From: an uncultured Clostridia bacterium
GTDB taxonomy: Bacteria > Bacillota > Clostridia > Oscillospirales > CAG-272
DNA length: 64,000 nt
Assembly: GCA_937894775.1 (NCBI GenBank)
Contig: CALAXC010000153.1
Span: 17,802 to 81,801, forward strand
Direction of reading: 5' to 3'
A program made the position numbers and the translations under genes. A model generated the notes under the pieces. It was given only the letters and a program-made list of their open reading frames with translations. It made no database searches and was not told the DNA's origin. This document shows positions 9,749 through 18,602 of the stretch, piece by piece (positions within the stretch are counted from its first letter, which is position 1; every line of letters begins with the position of its first letter).

Positions 9749-12268
9749 TTATAAGCTCGAAGGATTAAGATCTATCGAGAAAGAAATAAGCTTCATATTA
9801 AGATTTGAAAAGCTTTTTATAAGAGTTGTAAACATTTCGCGCGAACGTTTGTTCAGGCGGCATTTAAGTACTATTCTTATTCTGTACTTGTTTTCTACTT
9901 TATATACCGGAGCTTCGAACGGTCCGAATATCATAAGCGGAACGTCTGAATATTCTCCTTTCGAAAGTTCAGCAAGCTTTTGCGCAACGATATGTGAAAT
10001 TTTTTGTATCTCGTTTTCGAGAGGGCAAGAAAGTGTTATGACCGCTATATCACAATAGGGAGGGAAACACAGTTCTTTACGTAATTTCATTTCAAGCTTG
10101 TAAAATTCTTCATAATTTTGTTGGCAGGCAAGCTTTATACATTCGTGGTTTGGATTAGAAGTCTGTATAATGGCTTCACCTTCTTTATCGGCTCTTCCGG
10201 CTCTGCCTATTACCTGTGTAAGCATAGCAAACGTGCGTTCGCCTGCACGGTAATCATCAAGATAAAGGGAAGAGTCTGCCGATAAGACACCGACCAGTGT
10301 GACAGCAGGAAAATCGTGCCCCTTTGTCACCATCTGAGTTCCGACGAGAACGTCAGCCTCGCGCGCTCTGAACTGACCTAAAAGGTTTTCATAAGCGCTT
10401 TTGGTTGAAGTCGTATCTGTGTCCATACGAAGAATACGTGCTTTTGGAAGAAGAGCGGTAAGCTCTTGTTCAACACGCTGTGTTCCAAATCCCATCTTGG
10501 TAAGATGAGGACTCTTGCATTCGGGACATTCGCTCGGAAGATCCATATGTCTGCCGCACCAATGACATCTGAGTTCACCTGCGCTATATGATTTTCCGTA
10601 GGTATGATAGGTCATGGAAACGCTGCACGTTGGACAGGTTACAGCCGCTCCGCAATTTTGACAGCTGATAAAATTATTATATCCGCGTCGGTTTAGAAAA
10701 AGAATAGACTGATTGTTTTTCGCAATGTTGTCTACAAGCTTTTCGCAGATGAGATTTCCAAGTGGGGAATTAATGCCCCCCGATCCCGCTTTTCTCATGT
10801 CGACTATCGATACTTTGGGAAGATGCGCTTTTCCATATCTTTTTGTAAGCTTTATCAAGGCGTATTTTCCTTCTTGTGCCTTATGAAAGCTTTCAAATGA
10901 CGGAGTTGCCGATGCAAGAAGCATAAGCGCATTGTTGTATGCACATCTGAATCTTGCAATGTCACGTGTGTGATATTTTGGGTTTTGGTCTGATTTATAT
11001 GTGTGCTCCTGTTCCTCGTCTATAATTATTAATCCTAAACGGGAGAGTGGAGCGAATACAGCAGAACGCGTACCGATTACTATGTCGGCACCACCGCTTT
11101 TTATTCTTCTGAAGGTATCAAGTCTTTCACCTGCAGAAAGTCCTGAATGTATGATAGCAACTCTCTCACCGTAGCGTGAGCAGAAGATCCCGAGTGTCTG
11201 CGGAGTAAGAGATATTTCGGGCAGAAGAACTATCGCTTGCTTGTTGTTTGAAATAACATGATCTATAGTTTTCAGCATGACCGATGTTTTTCCGCTTCCC
11301 GTAACTCCAAAGAGAAGGGCAGCCTTAGCAGCTTTACTGTCAGAAAAGCCTTTGAGAGTTTTAAACGCTGCTTCCTGTTCATCACTTAAAACTATCGGAG
11401 TAGCGGCAGCTTCGTTTATAGCTGGCTTTATGAGTGCTATCCCTCTGTCGACTTCTCTGGTAGTGCGGTTGATGATTTCTTTGGTCACTAACGGCTTAAA
11501 GTGTGTATATGTTGCGTTGTATTTTTCGTACAGAATCTCTCTGCATACTTCTTCACCGTCTTTAAGTGTAAGAAGATGCTTGATAATGTCTATCTGAGTA
11601 AGTGAACGTACGCGGTAAAATTTGTCGCTTCTGTCTACTATAGCCTCAGCATCTTTACGCGGAATAGCGAGGGAATAGTAGCTTTCGTATTTTTTTGGCG
11701 GATCGTGTATTTCATAATCCTTATATATCACTTTGGCATTTATAAGCTCGGTGATGAATTCGTCGATCAATGGATTGAATTTCATCTTTACTTCATCGAC
11801 GGTCGTTTTTTTCTTTTTTCTTATATAATCTCCAATGATCCTTGAAGGCTCGCGTACAACACCTTTTGGAATCTTTGTTGCATATTGCTCGGATATCACG
11901 ATTATTTCGTGCGGATCCGTCAATGCCGCAGAGGGGATCATTACCCGAATAGCATCACCGACAGAACAAAGCGTTTGTTCCTTCATAAAAAGACAAAGCT
12001 TGAGCATTTCTTCGGAAAGTGAAAGCTTTTTGTCGCAGACAGAGAAGATAGGCTTGTATTTGATTTCATTTTTTTCGTCATCGACGTCGGGTAAATCTTT
12101 AAGGGAGATCACTAAAGCGATCTCCCTCTTGTTAGATTTTCCAAAGGGAACGGCTACAAAATCTCCCACAGCTATCGAATCGCGGAGATCGGGCGGAATA
12201 AAATAGTCGTAAGCAGCGTCTATATGAAATGGATTACTTAAAATATGAAGACCTGCATATTCCGACAT
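9749..12268 (-). CDS. priA: Primosomal protein N' (replication restart helicase)
   Basis: 839 aa. Walker A 'GVTGSGKT', 'IIIDEEQE', and the Cys-rich zinc module 'CQNCGAAVTCPTCSVSMTYH...LRCHWCG...CPECKS'. Confidence 0.9.
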   Translation of the reverse strand: MSEYAGLHILSNPFHIDAAYDYFIPPDLRDSIAVGDFVAVPFGKSNKREIALVISLKDLPDVDDEKNEIKYKPIFSVCDKKLSLSEEMLKLCLFMKEQTLCSVGDAIRVMIPSAALTDPHEIIVISEQYATKIPKGVVREPSRIIGDYIRKKKKTTVDEVKMKFNPLIDEFITELINAKVIYKDYEIHDPPKKYESYYSLAIPRKDAEAIVDRSDKFYRVRSLTQIDIIKHLLTLKDGEEVCREILYEKYNATYTHFKPLVTKEIINRTTREVDRGIALIKPAINEAAATPIVLSDEQEAAFKTLKGFSDSKAAKAALLFGVTGSGKTSVMLKTIDHVISNNKQAIVLLPEISLTPQTLGIFCSRYGERVAIIHSGLSAGERLDTFRRIKSGGADIVIGTRSAVFAPLSRLGLIIIDEEQEHTYKSDQNPKYHTRDIARFRCAYNNALMLLASATPSFESFHKAQEGKYALIKLTKRYGKAHLPKVSIVDMRKAGSGGINSPLGNLICEKLVDNIAKNNQSILFLNRRGYNNFISCQNCGAAVTCPTCSVSMTYHTYGKSYSAGELRCHWCGRHMDLPSECPECKSPHLTKMGFGTQRVEQELTALLPKARILRMDTDTTSTKSAYENLLGQFRAREADVLVGTQMVTKGHDFPAVTLVGVLSADSSLYLDDYRAGERTFAMLTQVIGRAGRADKEGEAIIQTSNPNHECIKLACQQNYEEFYKLEMKLRKELCFPPYCDIAVITLSCPLENEIQKISHIVAQKLAELSKGEYSDVPLMIFGPFEAPVYKVENKYRIRIVLKCRLNKRSREMFTTLIKSFSNLNMKLISFSIDLNPSSL

Positions 12269-12298
12269 AATTATTGCCTCCGTTCTTTTTGGTTTGTA

Positions 12299-12622
12299 TT
12301 ATTCTTCCTCTGTGCTTTCTTCAACCGCAGGCGCAGCCTCAGCATTAGCAACAGCTTCGGTTTCACCGCGTACTATTTGATATTCACCGTTATAGATACG
12401 GGAAATAGCATATTTAACAGCTTTCTCATCACGGTATTCTTTTTTGATCATGTTGATGAGGTTGCGTTCAGCTTCTTTGCTTCCGTTTGCAGATTCTTCA
12501 GCAGCCGCTCTTTGAGCTACGTATTCGTCTGTGATTATTCTCGCACATTTTGCGGTAGCAAGTGCAAGCTCATAACGGTTGAATTCGTCTTTTGTGAGTT
12601 CTGTGATTGTTGGATAAAGCAT
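12299..12622 (-). CDS. rpoZ: DNA-directed RNA polymerase subunit omega
   Basis: Starts at internal ATG 12622 (MLYPTITELTKDEFNRYELALATAKCARII), with AAGGAG complement 7 nt upstream. The longer track ORF would overlap gmk. Typical gmk-rpoZ pairing. Confidence 0.8.
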   Translation of the reverse strand: MLYPTITELTKDEFNRYELALATAKCARIITDEYVAQRAAAEESANGSKEAERNLINMIKKEYRDEKAVKYAISRIYNGEYQIVRGETEAVANAEAAPAVEESTEEE

Positions 12623-12659
12623 AAAAATCTCCTTGAAATAATTGTATGTAAATATATTT

Positions 12660-13274
12660 TTATTTTTTGATTTCAAAATATTTTCTTGCAACTTCGGGGT
12701 TTCTTTTTATCGATGATTCTTCGGCTTCGATAATAGAAACTATGCGGTTTGCTGTATCAAGAGTTTTATCGTCATAATTATATACTACGTAATCATAACG
12801 GTTTATGAGCTCAAGTTCTTCTTTGGTTCGGTTAAGACGCGCAATTATTTTTTCTTCGGTCTCCGTTCCTCTGCCTCTTAAACGTCGCTCCTGAATGTCA
12901 AATGTAGGAGGGAGAAGGAAGATGAGAACGGTATCTTGATACTGTGATTTGATATTGAGGCCGCCCTCGATTTCGATTTCGAGAATAAGATTTTTTCCTG
13001 TTTCGAGAATTTTATCAGCTTCTTCTTTAAGCGTACCGTAAAAATTACCGCAGTATTCTGTGTACTCAAGCATCTCACCGTGTTCGATCTTTGATAAAAA
13101 ATCCTCACGGCTGATAAAGTGATAACTCTTTCCGTCTATTTCTCCGGGACGCGGTGCGCGAGTTGTTGCGGAAACAGCAACCGCAAAATCATCACGTTGA
13201 GTCAAATGATTGCAAACCGTACCTTTGCCGCTGCCGGCAGGTCCCGAGATAACGAGCATAATTCCTTTTTTCAT
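12660..13274 (-). CDS. gmk: Guanylate kinase
   Basis: 204 aa. P-loop 'GPAGSGKGT' and 'SATTRAPRPGEIDGKSYHF'. Confidence 0.9.
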   Translation of the reverse strand: MKKGIMLVISGPAGSGKGTVCNHLTQRDDFAVAVSATTRAPRPGEIDGKSYHFISREDFLSKIEHGEMLEYTEYCGNFYGTLKEEADKILETGKNLILEIEIEGGLNIKSQYQDTVLIFLLPPTFDIQERRLRGRGTETEEKIIARLNRTKEELELINRYDYVVYNYDDKTLDTANRIVSIIEAEESSIKRNPEVARKYFEIKK

Positions 13275-13292
13275 ACAGCACCTCTTAGATCA

Positions 13293-13556
13293 TCAGTTGT
13301 CCGGATCGTCTTCGACGTCGGTCTCGGTTATAAGGCGGTTCGCTATAGTTTCAGACTGTATAGCGCTGAAGATTATGTGATTGCTATCGGTTATAATGAC
13401 AGCTCTTGTACGCCTTCCGCAAGAAACATCTATAACGCGTCCTTCGCTTTTTGCATCTTGCATTAATCTTTTGATAGGAGCCGAATCCGGACTTACTATG
13501 GTTACTATTCGGTCTGCGGCTACCATATTTCCAAAGCCTATATTAATGAATTTCAT
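13293..13556 (-). CDS. remA: RemA/YlzA (DUF370) regulator
   Basis: 87 aa, '[31 protein letters not shown]...[15 protein letters not shown]'. Position between yicC and gmk matches Bacillus. Confidence 0.85.
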   Translation of the reverse strand: MKFINIGFGNMVAADRIVTIVSPDSAPIKRLMQDAKSEGRVIDVSCGRRTRAVIITDSNHIIFSAIQSETIANRLITETDVEDDPDN

Positions 13557-13601
13557 ATTGGTATTCCTCTTGAAGCTTACGTAGAAGCGGGGTGGTTTTA
13601 T

Positions 13602-14489
13602 TTACTCGATGTTTTGTATTTGTTCGCGTATTTTTTCGAGCTCGCATTTTATGTCAACGACTAATCTTGCTATTGCAGAATTCTGACATTTTGAACCTAT
13701 AGTATTTGTTTCTCGGTTCATTTCCTGAAGCAAAAAATCAAGTTTTCTGCCTGCAGGCTCATTCGATTCAAGAATATCTGTGAAGGCAGAGAAGTGTGAG
13801 TTTAATCGCACGATCTCCTCATCAATAGCGATCTTGTCTGCAAATATCGCACACTCGGTAAGAATACGAGCTTCGTCAAATATTAATTTGTTATCCGATA
13901 GCATATCGCGTAATCTCGATTCGAGCTTTTCACGGTATGACTGTGTATCCAAAAGGGAAAGGGATTCGATTTTTTCAACGAGCAAAGAAATGTTTTTAAC
14001 TTTTGATTTTATGTCAAGTTCTATGTTGGCACCTTCTCGCCGTCTTGCAATAATGAATTTTTCAAGAGCCTCATCAAGGACTTGACGAAGGTCGTTCCAT
14101 TCTTTTTCGGTGTCCTCTTCGGATTTTTTGATAACAAAAATGTCACGGTTTTGAGCAACGTTCATAACACTTATATCGTTTTTTAAAGAGTACTTGTCTG
14201 CGAGGTCGTTAAGTGCTTTGATGTATGCTGATGCATATCCGTCATCAACGGTTATATCGGGCATAGGAGAGTCTATAACGTCAATGCTGATATAAATGTC
14301 AACTTTTCCGCGCGATACTGAATTTTGCTGAAGATAGGGTTTTATCTTTTCTTCGAGATAGCTGAAAGCACGCGGAAGCTTAGCTGAACAGTCGAAAAAA
14401 CGGTTGTTTACCGATTTTATCTCTACAGTTATGTCTTTGCCTCCAACTGTCTTTCTTGCACGTCCGAAGGCAGTCATACTTTTTATCAT
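13602..14489 (-). CDS. YicC/YloC family stress-induced endoribonuclease
   Basis: 295 aa. N-terminus 'MIKSMTAFGRA' and C-terminal 'REMNRETNTIGSK' block, typical of YicC. Confidence 0.85.
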   Translation of the reverse strand: MIKSMTAFGRARKTVGGKDITVEIKSVNNRFFDCSAKLPRAFSYLEEKIKPYLQQNSVSRGKVDIYISIDVIDSPMPDITVDDGYASAYIKALNDLADKYSLKNDISVMNVAQNRDIFVIKKSEEDTEKEWNDLRQVLDEALEKFIIARRREGANIELDIKSKVKNISLLVEKIESLSLLDTQSYREKLESRLRDMLSDNKLIFDEARILTECAIFADKIAIDEEIVRLNSHFSAFTDILESNEPAGRKLDFLLQEMNRETNTIGSKCQNSAIARLVVDIKCELEKIREQIQNIE

Positions 14490-14690
14490 AAATGCATCCT
14501 TTCGAAGTAAGCATACTCAATAATAACAATATTTAAATATATTATAAACTTTTTTTCTTCAAAAGTCAATGAATTTTTTTATTTTGTGGAGATATATACA
14601 ATAAATATGTAAAAAAACAACATTTTTATGGTGAAAAAGGCAAGTAGAGGAAAAATATTTAAAGAGTTTTAAGAAAAATAAAAAAAAGAC

Positions 14691-14719
14691 TTGCAATTTT
14701 TTGTAAAATGAGGTATAAT
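14691..14719 (+). promoter_or_regulatory. Sigma-A-type promoter for efp operon
   Basis: TTGCAA (14691-14696), a 17-nt spacer, then TATAAT (14714-14719), about 45 nt upstream of the efp ATG. Confidence 0.55.
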
Positions 14720-14764
14720 GTTTTTGTGTAAATTTAGACTTATTTTTTGGAGGTACATAAAAAA

Positions 14765-15322
14765 ATGGTTGTAGCAGGCGATTTTAAGAACGGAATTACG
14801 TTTGATATGGACGGCGCCGTATTTCAGGTGGTTGAGTTTCAGCACGTAAAACCCGGTAAAGGTGCGGCATTCGTTCGTACAAAAATTAAAAACGTTATCA
14901 CGGGTGCTGTGATCGAAAGAACTTTCAGCCCTACGGATAAATTTGAGAATGCTTACATCGAAAGAAAAGAAATGCAGTATTCTTATAATGACGGTGATCT
15001 TTATTACTTTATGGATATGGAAACATACGATATGCTTCCTCTTAACAGTGATAAGCTTCCCGATAGCTTTAAATTTGTAAAGGAAGAAATGATGTGTAAG
15101 ATCATTTCTTATAAGGGTAACGTATTCGGAGTAGAGCCTCCTACGTTTGTTGAGCTTGCTGTTACTCAGACTGATCCTGGCTTTGCAGGTAATACAGCAA
15201 CAAACACACTCAAGCCCGCAACACTTGAAACAGGTGCTGTTATTAAGGTTCCGCTCTTCATTAATGAGGGTGAGATCCTTAAGATAGATACAAGAACAGG
15301 CGAATATCTTTCCAGAGCATAA
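14765..15322 (+). CDS. efp: Elongation factor P
   Basis: GGAGG at 14749-14753, then ATG 14765 ([13 protein letters not shown]...). '[16 protein letters not shown]' loop. Confidence 0.95.
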   Translation: MVVAGDFKNGITFDMDGAVFQVVEFQHVKPGKGAAFVRTKIKNVITGAVIERTFSPTDKFENAYIERKEMQYSYNDGDLYYFMDMETYDMLPLNSDKLPDSFKFVKEEMMCKIISYKGNVFGVEPPTFVELAVTQTDPGFAGNTATNTLKPATLETGAVIKVPLFINEGEILKIDTRTGEYLSRA

Positions 15323-15341
15323 TTATCAGGAGGAAATTAAT

Positions 15342-15824
15342 ATGACACTTAGTGAAAAGGCAGCTTACATTCAGGGACTTGCAGACGGTCTCGATCTTGA
15401 CGAAACAACTAAAGAGGGCAAACTTATAGCAGCTCTTATAGATCTTGTAGGAGAAATGACCGATGCTATAAATGCACTCGAAGAGGATGTTGACACTCTT
15501 AACGATTACATTGAGGAGATTGATGAGGATCTTGGCTCTGTAGAGGAGATCGTTTATGAGGATTGCGGTTGTGATTGTGACGATTGCTGTGACGATGACG
15601 ACTACGATTGTGATGATTTTGATGAGTGCGATGGCAACTGCGATGATTGCGATGAGGATTGCGCGCTTGCAGATGATGAGTATTTTGAGGTAGAGTGTCC
15701 TTCTTGCGGAGAGACTATCTGCTTTGACGGAAGCATTGATCCTGAAGAACTTGCTTGTCCCGCATGCGGAGAAAAGTTTGAGTGCCTCGTATCCGAAGAG
15801 GATCTCAGAGCACTTGATCAGTAA
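15342..15824 (+). CDS. Acidic Cys/Asp-rich zinc-ribbon protein (resembles the family NCBI labels 'CD1247 N-terminal domain-containing protein')
   Basis: 160 aa. Helical N-domain, a 35-aa stretch with 10 Cys and 17 Asp, and a C-terminal CPSCG...CPACG zinc ribbon. Good RBS (AGGAGG) upstream. Confidence 0.55.
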   Translation: MTLSEKAAYIQGLADGLDLDETTKEGKLIAALIDLVGEMTDAINALEEDVDTLNDYIEEIDEDLGSVEEIVYEDCGCDCDDCCDDDDYDCDDFDECDGNCDDCDEDCALADDEYFEVECPSCGETICFDGSIDPEELACPACGEKFECLVSEEDLRALDQ

Positions 15825-15853
15825 TCAGGGGGCATAGATTATAATGGTAAAAA

Positions 15854-15882
15854 GCGTGTTCGCGTTTGCGAATGCGTTTTTT
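15854..15882 (+). terminator. Rho-independent terminator after efp operon
   Basis: GCGTGTTCGC-gttt-GCGAATGCGT stem (10 bp including G-U pairs) followed by a T6 run. Confidence 0.6.
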
Positions 15883-15922
15883 ACTTTTTATTGAAAAATG
15901 TTGAAAAAGTTGCAAAAAAGTA

Positions 15923-15951
15923 TTGACATAATGAATGATGAGTGATATAAT
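15923..15951 (+). promoter_or_regulatory. Sigma-A-type promoter for rpmG-secE-nusG
   Basis: TTGACA (15923-15928), a 17-nt spacer, then TATAAT (15946-15951) with an extended -10 TG at 15943-15944. Confidence 0.6.
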
Positions 15952-16118
15952 AGTTATACCTCTGCGAGCAGGCTTTTTTGTTGTGCAATGGTTTGCGCCA
16001 TAGCCGAAAGGCACTGTTGCACACGGCTCGGTGAGGGAGGTACACGGACTGTTGTCCTTGTGCGCTTGAGCGCAAGAGGCGTTCAGTCAAATATTTTGAA
16101 AATGGAGGTGCCGCAAAA

Positions 16119-16280
16119 ATGGCTAATGATGCAAGAGTTAAAATTACTTTGGTATGTACAGAGTGCAAGCAGAGAAATTATGACACGAAGAAAAACAAAA
16201 AGAATGACCCTGACAGATTAGAACTCAACAAGTACTGCAGGTTCTGCCGCAAGCACACTCTTCATAAAGAATCTAAGTAA
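16119..16280 (+). CDS. rpmG: 50S ribosomal protein L33
   Basis: Own translation: [53 protein letters not shown] (53 aa, too short for the track). GGAGG at 16104-16108. Precedes secE-nusG as usual. Confidence 0.9.
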   Translation: MANDARVKITLVCTECKQRNYDTKKNKKNDPDRLELNKYCRFCRKHTLHKESK

Positions 16281-16295
16281 TTTCGGGAGGTTAAG

Positions 16296-16583
16296 ATGGC
16301 AGATAAGGAAAATAAAGCCGCAGAAATCGAAACCAAAGAAGCTAAAGCGAAGCCCGAAAAAGCTAAGAAAGAAAAGAAGGGTAAAATAAAAAATGCTTGG
16401 AAGGGATTCAGAAGCGAGCTTAAGAAAATAGTTTGGCCTTCGTGGAAGCAAGTGCTTAAAGGAACGGGAGTTGTTGTTTTGGTCGTTATTATTTGTGCAG
16501 TAGCGATAGGAGGACTTGACTGGACCTTTAGCAAAGGCATGAAGGGACTTTTAGATCTCTTTACTAATCTCTTTAGTAAATAA
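16296..16583 (+). CDS. secE: Preprotein translocase subunit SecE
   Basis: 95 aa. Lys-rich N-terminus, 'ELKKIVWPSWKQV', and a single C-terminal TM. Position between rpmG and nusG. Confidence 0.85.
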   Translation: MADKENKAAEIETKEAKAKPEKAKKEKKGKIKNAWKGFRSELKKIVWPSWKQVLKGTGVVVLVVIICAVAIGGLDWTFSKGMKGLLDLFTNLFSK

Positions 16584-16595
16584 GAGGGAAAAAAC

Positions 16596-17132
16596 ATGAG
16601 TGATATCAATGAAATGAATGTCGGTGTCAGATGGTATGTGGCGCACACTTATTCCGGCTATGAAAACAAGGTTAAGGCAAGCCTTGAAAAGATCGTTGAA
16701 AACAGAGGCCTCGGACATCTTATATTTGATGTAAAGATCCCTGTTGAAATCGTTGTTGAGCAAAACGGTGAAGAAGTGAAGGAAAAAGAAGTAAAGCTTT
16801 TTCCGTGCTATGTTCTTGTCAAAATGATAATGACTGAAGAAAGCTGGCACGCAGTGAGAAACATCACCGGTGTTACGGGATTTGTTGGTCCCGGATCACG
16901 TCCTACGCCGCTTTCTCAGGCAGAGGTCGATGCGCTCAATATTGAAGTCAGAAGAGTTGAGCTTAAGTTTAAGGTTGGTGATAACGTAGTTATTACTGCA
17001 GGAGAACTTATTAATTGTACCGGAACGGTACAGGCTGTATCTGAAGATCTTAAAGTTGTTACGGTACTTGTTAATAAAGGACGCCGTAATTTGCCTATAC
17101 AGTTTGACGCAAGCCAGATAAAGCTTGCATGA
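16596..17132 (+). CDS. nusG: Transcription termination/antitermination factor NusG
   Basis: 178 aa. 'RWYVAHTYSGYENKV' NGN domain and C-terminal KOW 'FKVGDNVVITAGELINCTGTV'. Confidence 0.95.
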   Translation: MSDINEMNVGVRWYVAHTYSGYENKVKASLEKIVENRGLGHLIFDVKIPVEIVVEQNGEEVKEKEVKLFPCYVLVKMIMTEESWHAVRNITGVTGFVGPGSRPTPLSQAEVDALNIEVRRVELKFKVGDNVVITAGELINCTGTVQAVSEDLKVVTVLVNKGRRNLPIQFDASQIKLA

Positions 17133-17134
17133 TC

Positions 17135-17181
17135 GTGACAAAAGTCACAGTGGGAGGGAGAAAAATTTTTCGAATTCTCCC
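17135..17181 (+). promoter_or_regulatory. Two hairpins in the nusG-rplK spacer (possible attenuator or L1-binding leader element)
   Basis: GTGAC-aaaa-GTCAC (17135-17148) and GGGAGAA...TTCTCCC (17156-17181). No T-tract follows, so this is not a clear terminator. Function is not established from sequence. Confidence 0.25.
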
Positions 17182-17213
17182 GTAAATTCACCACATTGGA
17201 GGTATTTTAAATC

Positions 17214-17639
17214 ATGGCAAAGAAAGTAATGGGCTATATTAAATTGCAGTTGCCCGCCGGAAAAGCAACTCCTCAGCCCCCTGTAGGTCCGGCACTTGGT
17301 CAGTACGGTGTAGCGATTCCCGTATTTACAAAAGAATTTAATGAAAGAACAAAGAATGATATGGGTCTTATCATCCCTGTAGTTATTACAGTATATGCAG
17401 ACCGTTCATTCACATTTATAACTAAGACTCCTCCTGCGCCTGTTCTTATAAAGAAGGCAGTAGGTATTGAGTCAGGATCTGCAAAGCCTAACAAGACAAA
17501 GGTAGCAAAGCTTACCAAAGAGCAGGTTCGTAAGATAGCAGAAACAAAGATGCCCGACCTTAACGCAGCAAGTATCGAGACCGCGATGAGCATGGTTGCA
17601 GGTACTGCACGTAGTATGGGCGTAGAAGTTGAAGACTAA
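17214..17639 (+). CDS. rplK: 50S ribosomal protein L11
   Basis: 141 aa, '[22 protein letters not shown]'. Confidence 0.95.
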   Translation: MAKKVMGYIKLQLPAGKATPQPPVGPALGQYGVAIPVFTKEFNERTKNDMGLIIPVVITVYADRSFTFITKTPPAPVLIKKAVGIESGSAKPNKTKVAKLTKEQVRKIAETKMPDLNAASIETAMSMVAGTARSMGVEVED

Positions 17640-17653
17640 GGAGGGTGCTGAAA

Positions 17654-18340
17654 ATGGGAAAGAAATATATTGACAGCGCAAAGCTTATTGAAAAATCAAA
17701 GGCGTATGACCCTTCTGAGGCATTAGAGCTTGTATGTAAGACCTCTAAGGCTAAGTTTGATGAAACTATAGAGATCCACATCCGTCTTGGCGTTGACTCA
17801 CGTCACGCAGATCAGCAGGTAAGAGGAGCTGTAGTTCTTCCTAACGGAACAGGTAAGAATGTAAAGGTGCTCGTATTTGCAAAGGGTGATAAGGTTCAGG
17901 CTGCTCTCGATGCAGGCGCAGATTACGCAGGCGGTGTAGAGTATGCAGATAAGATTGTTCAGGAAAACTGGTTCGATTTCGATGTTGTTGTTGCAAGCCC
18001 TGATATGATGGGTGTTATCGGTAAACTCGGTAAGGTTCTCGGTCCTAAGGGACTTATGCCTTCTCCTAAGGCAGGAACTGTTACTCCCGATGTTGCAAAG
18101 GCAGTAACTGAGGCTAAGGCGGGTAAGATCGAATACCGTCTTGATAAGACAAACATAATCCATTGCCCGATCGGAAAAGCATCGTTCGGTGTTGAAAAGC
18201 TCACAGAGAACTTTGATACTCTCGTTGGCGCAGTTATTAAGGCTAAGCCCGCTGCAGCAAAGGGTCAGTATATCAAGAGCTGTGTTATAGCAAGCACAAT
18301 GGGACCTGGTATCAAGATAAATCAGGCAAAACTTGGCTAA
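17654..18340 (+). CDS. rplA: 50S ribosomal protein L1
   Basis: AAGGAGGG at 17639-17646, then ATG 17654 ([11 protein letters not shown]...). Motifs '[13 protein letters not shown]' and '[19 protein letters not shown]'. Confidence 0.95.
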   Translation: MGKKYIDSAKLIEKSKAYDPSEALELVCKTSKAKFDETIEIHIRLGVDSRHADQQVRGAVVLPNGTGKNVKVLVFAKGDKVQAALDAGADYAGGVEYADKIVQENWFDFDVVVASPDMMGVIGKLGKVLGPKGLMPSPKAGTVTPDVAKAVTEAKAGKIEYRLDKTNIIHCPIGKASFGVEKLTENFDTLVGAVIKAKPAAAKGQYIKSCVIASTMGPGIKINQAKLG

Positions 18341-18352
18341 TATAGCTAAATT

Positions 18353-18415
18353 AAAAAGGACAAGATATTGTGGTGATCAGATATAGATCGGTCACACTTT
18401 AGCTTGTCCTTTTTG
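18353..18415 (+). terminator. Terminator-like long hairpin after rplA
   Basis: AGGACAAG (18357-18364) pairs with CTTGTCCT (18403-18410) and is followed by TTTT. The interior carries further short palindromes (GATC...GATC). Confidence 0.5.
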
Positions 18416-18472
18416 TTGTTTTATTAATAAAATGTTCTTTATTTATTTTATAGTTTTTAATATATAAAAGGG

Positions 18473-18501
18473 TTGACAAAGCAACTAAAAAAGTGTATAA
18501 T
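18473..18501 (+). promoter_or_regulatory. Sigma-A-type promoter for rny
   Basis: TTGACA (18473-18478), a 17-nt spacer, then TATAAT (18496-18501) with an extended -10 TG. Confidence 0.6.
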
Positions 18502-18602
18502 TAACGTGTATATATGTGTCATAATTTCGGTAGAGTACCGTATATGATATATCTATAATCTTTGAAAAATAAATAGAAAAAAAAGACAAGGAGGTGCAGA
18601 AA

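Noticed and set aside
15988-16221. 77-aa + strand ORF overlapping the rpmG leader and rpmG.
   Set aside because: It overlaps the unmistakable L33 frame out of phase and has no RBS. The region is better explained as a structured leader plus rpmG.
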